This document shows positions 61,318 to 64,000 of a DNA stretch of 64,000 bases, in pieces. Below the pieces are notes generated by a model, which saw only the letters and a program-made list of their open reading frames with translations, had not been told where the DNA came from and did no database searches. Position 1 is the stretch's first letter. Every line of letters starts with the position of its first letter. Position numbers and translations under genes: made by a program. The DNA comes from Gammaproteobacteria bacterium (GTDB lineage: Bacteria > Pseudomonadota > Gammaproteobacteria > Eutrophobiales > Eutrophobiaceae), in contig JANQJZ010000005.1 in the NCBI GenBank assembly GCA_028281365.1, positions 7,192-71,191 on the forward strand, read 5' to 3'.

Positions 61318-62091
61318 GTGAAAATAATCACGGTTAATGTTAATGGAATTCGTGCAGCATATCGTAAAGGGTTTTTTGACTGGATACCCGGGCAGAAGGC
61401 TGATGTTATTTGCATCCAGGAAACAAAGGCACAAATTGATCAGCTTGATAAGGAAATACTGCAACCAAAAGGGTATTTTGCATGTTTCAATGATGCAGTT
61501 AAAAAAGGCTACAGCGGTGTTGCAATTTATAGTCGTATAAAGCCCGATAAAATTAAAAATAAACTTGGTTGGACAGAAGCGGATGATGAAGGTCGTTTTC
61601 TTCAATTTGATTTCGGCAAATTAAGTATAGTTTCGTTATATCTGCCATCAGGTTCATCAAGTGAAGAGCGTCAGGCTATTAAGTTTGATTTCCTTGATCG
61701 TTTTATGCCGGTATTAAAAAAAATGCGTCGGCAAAGGCGTGAATTTATTATTTGTGGTGACTGGAATATAGCGCATAAGAAAATTGATCTAAAAAACTGG
61801 AGAGGTAATCAAAAAAATTCAGGTTTTTTACCCGAAGAACGTGCCTGGATGGATGAGTTATTCGAAGACGTGGGTATGGTTGATTCATTTCGCGCTATTA
61901 ACCAGGAGCCTGAACAATATACCTGGTGGTCCAATCGAGGTCAGGCCTGGTCTAAAAATGTTGGTTGGCGTATTGACTATCAGGTCATCACACCTGGTTT
62001 AAAAGAAAAGGTTAAGTCTGTTTCAATTTATAAAGATGAACGATTTTCCGATCATGCGCCATTAATTACTGATTATGATTTACAGTTATGA
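61318..62091 (+). CDS. xthA: exodeoxyribonuclease III (EEP fold), in the Crc-syntenic position next to pyrE
   Basis: 257 aa, GTG start. Catalytic-type residues present: QETK, GDWNIAH, WRIDY, SDHAPL. Confidence 0.85.
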   Translation: MKIITVNVNGIRAAYRKGFFDWIPGQKADVICIQETKAQIDQLDKEILQPKGYFACFNDAVKKGYSGVAIYSRIKPDKIKNKLGWTEADDEGRFLQFDFGKLSIVSLYLPSGSSSEERQAIKFDFLDRFMPVLKKMRRQRREFIICGDWNIAHKKIDLKNWRGNQKNSGFLPEERAWMDELFEDVGMVDSFRAINQEPEQYTWWSNRGQAWSKNVGWRIDYQVITPGLKEKVKSVSIYKDERFSDHAPLITDYDLQL

Positions 62092-62094
62092 TAT

Positions 62095-63141
62095 TTATAA
62101 CTGGTTATAAATATCTTTAAACCTGCCGAGTATATTATTCGCCTGTTCATTAGTTTCCCATTCGCCATCTGAATTCATGATGATAGCTTCTGTCTTGTCA
62201 CCGACACCGGTTAAACTGAGTTGATAGGGAATCCCTTCATCTTCATCGTCTCCCCAGAACTTTAATTTAGAAAGGAATCCTTCTTCTTTTTCACCTTCCG
62301 GTATGAAATAGAGAAAGTTATAAGTTCCTCTTTCCTGATCCTTTGATTCAATGGTATAGCCTGCTCTTAAAATTACGTTTTCAGTTTCCCGCCATGCGCG
62401 TGTAAATTCCTGTGGGATAGCCAGGTATGATTTTCCATCACCAATATCAACAATCTCCGCCCTTAACCTGGGGGCGCTTATCGTGTTACTAGCGGTGCTT
62501 GATGTAGCACTGGTATTGGTGTCGAATCCGGAATCTGCTACTGCACCATAAAAGTGAAGATTTAGTTCACGCAAGGTTTCTTTTTCCCGTTTGCTATCTA
62601 CTGAGGCGTCAAGCCATGTCCCCTCAGATAATTCCTGACGTTCACTGGACATGAACAGGATTGTCCCTCCCTCTTCATCAGCCTCTGCAAAGATCCGGTA
62701 TTTCTCTCTGGAGATTTCTCCCTGTTTCCAACCGGTTTCCATAACGCCTAATTCAGCATCATCAAGATCCATCTTATATCCTTTACTTGCCCAAAATTCC
62801 TGTAACCTTGGCCAGATATCCTGTATGGACCCCTTCAATGCCAACCATCTTTCATCTTCAGCCTCACCCGAACCTAAAACAACATTCCCCCGCCTTTCAC
62901 GTTGGTCGCGTTGACGTTGGAACTCACTTAATGTCGTCGATTCCGCTTCTCCAGGTATCGTTGCACGGTATTCACCCTCGGTTACAGTCAGGTCAGGAGG
63001 AACTTCCAGGGCAGGCAGGTCTTTACTTTTTTGATAGGCGGTACGTTTATCAGGCAGTACTTCATCGATCTTTGGTATTTTACTACAAGCAGTAATTACC
63101 AAGAGGCTAATAATCAGTAGGAAAATTCGTTGATTGATCAT
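62095..63141 (-). CDS. bamC: outer membrane protein assembly factor BamC (lipoprotein)
   Basis: Lipobox LVITAC. Blocks IWPRLQEFWASKGY and FTRAWRETENVILRAGY parallel E. coli BamC. Immediately downstream of dapA, as in the E. coli dapA-bamC operon. Confidence 0.75.
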   Translation of the reverse strand: MINQRIFLLIISLLVITACSKIPKIDEVLPDKRTAYQKSKDLPALEVPPDLTVTEGEYRATIPGEAESTTLSEFQRQRDQRERRGNVVLGSGEAEDERWLALKGSIQDIWPRLQEFWASKGYKMDLDDAELGVMETGWKQGEISREKYRIFAEADEEGGTILFMSSERQELSEGTWLDASVDSKREKETLRELNLHFYGAVADSGFDTNTSATSSTASNTISAPRLRAEIVDIGDGKSYLAIPQEFTRAWRETENVILRAGYTIESKDQERGTYNFLYFIPEGEKEEGFLSKLKFWGDDEDEGIPYQLSLTGVGDKTEAIIMNSDGEWETNEQANNILGRFKDIYNQL

Positions 63142-63147
63142 TTTAAT

Positions 63148-64000
63148 TTATATTACTCCTGCCTGTTGCATGGCGTTCGATACTCTGGATTCAGCAGATT
63201 TCGATAACCAGGTTAATGGAAGTCTGATTCCCGCCTGAATATAACCCAGTTTATGTACTGCCCATTTTACCGGTATTGGATTTGATTCGATAAATAATTC
63301 TTTATGTAATCCTGTCAGTGTAGCATCAATTTTTTCTGCACCCTCTTTATCACCTTGAGCAGCAAGTTTACACATATCATGCATCGCTTTAGGTGCAACA
63401 TTAGCTGTAACGGAGATAACGCCATCACCGCCGCCCAGTACAAAGTCTTTTGTCGTTTCATCATCACCACTTAAAAGCAGAAAATCTTCCGCTGCACCTT
63501 CACGGATCAGTTTAATTCGGCTTAAATCAGCTGTGGCCTCTTTTACACCAATAATATTATCAATCTTTGATAATCTAATTATAGTTTCCGGCAGCATATC
63601 ACAAGCTGTTCTGCCCGGGACGTTGTAAAGAATCTGGGGAACAGCTACAGTCTCTGCAACAGTTTTATAGTGTTGATACAGGCCTTCCTGTGTTGGTTTA
63701 TTATAGTAAGGCGTTACCAGTAAACAGGCGTCTGCACCTGCCTCTTTTGCGCAGGCAGTTAACGAGATGGCTTCTATGGTTGAATTAGCCCCGGTCCCTG
63801 CGATTACGGGAATCCTGCCATTAACAATATCCACAACCTGTTTTATAACATGGCAGTGTTCTTTTTCAGTCAACGTAGCTGATTCGCCAGTTGTCCCTAC
63901 GGCTACAATGGCATCTGTGCCTTGTCCAATATGAAACTCGAGTAGTTTTTCCAGTGCCTGACTATCAAGACCAGTATCAGGCTGTACCCCGGCGACCATT
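63148..64000 (-). CDS. dapA: 4-hydroxy-tetrahydrodipicolinate synthase (C-terminal ~283 aa; N-terminus beyond the right edge)
   Basis: ...AVGTTGESATLT..., ...YNVPGRT... and the active-site lysine context IIGVKEA. The frame is open to the window end. Confidence 0.95.
   Translation of the reverse strand, partial: MVAGVQPDTGLDSQALEKLLEFHIGQGTDAIVAVGTTGESATLTEKEHCHVIKQVVDIVNGRIPVIAGTGANSTIEAISLTACAKEAGADACLLVTPYYNKPTQEGLYQHYKTVAETVAVPQILYNVPGRTACDMLPETIIRLSKIDNIIGVKEATADLSRIKLIREGAAEDFLLLSGDDETTKDFVLGGGDGVISVTANVAPKAMHDMCKLAAQGDKEGAEKIDATLTGLHKELFIESNPIPVKWAVHKLGYIQAGIRLPLTWLSKSAESRVSNAMQQAGVI

Overview
64-kb core-chromosome window from a moderately AT-rich gammaproteobacterium. Gene order closely parallels Pseudomonas/Oceanospirillales-type chromosomes. 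Coding density is very high. Left to right: (1) an AT-rich LPS glycosyltransferase locus. (2) The replication-origin neighbourhood, with mnmE-yidC-yidD-rnpA-rpmH on the minus strand diverging from dnaA-dnaN-recF-gyrB on the plus strand. It has perfect DnaA boxes and an extremely AT-rich 189-bp dnaA-dnaN spacer. (3) A comF-family gene and a bioBFHCD operon preceded by an E. coli-like BirA operator palindrome. (4) A complete aa3-type cytochrome c oxidase cluster: DUF2244, coxB, coxA, an untracked 42-aa ORF, ctaG, coxC, DUF2909, SURF1, an SCO-like gene, ctaA and ctaB. (5) Exported MsrB (Tat-type signal) and MsrA, plus a yadGH-like ABC pair. (6) A roughly 5.5-kb mixed-orientation accessory patch holding psiE, an orphan 296-aa ORF, a GST, ybiI, an AAC(3)-I-like acetyltransferase, a CNNM/CBS protein and a strikingly low-GC two-gene islet. 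(7) rpoH-ftsXEY, two M16 peptidases, rsmD-coaD, ggt and mutM. (8) A GldG/DUF4340 ABC cluster, then a solo hydantoinase-A-like gene and a desaturase. (9) rpmBG, radC, coaBC-dut-algC-argB-slmA, pyrE, xthA and bamC-dapA. I recognised no rRNA, tRNA, CRISPR array, transposase or integrase. The best candidate for something undescribed is the low-GC two-gene islet at about 33.8-35.1 kb, wedged directly behind the rpoH terminator. It encodes a HEPN-like (Rx6H) plus winged-helix-like protein and a lysine-rich coiled-coil protein. All family calls come from motif recognition by eye and no database search was run. GC values are hand counts of short samples.
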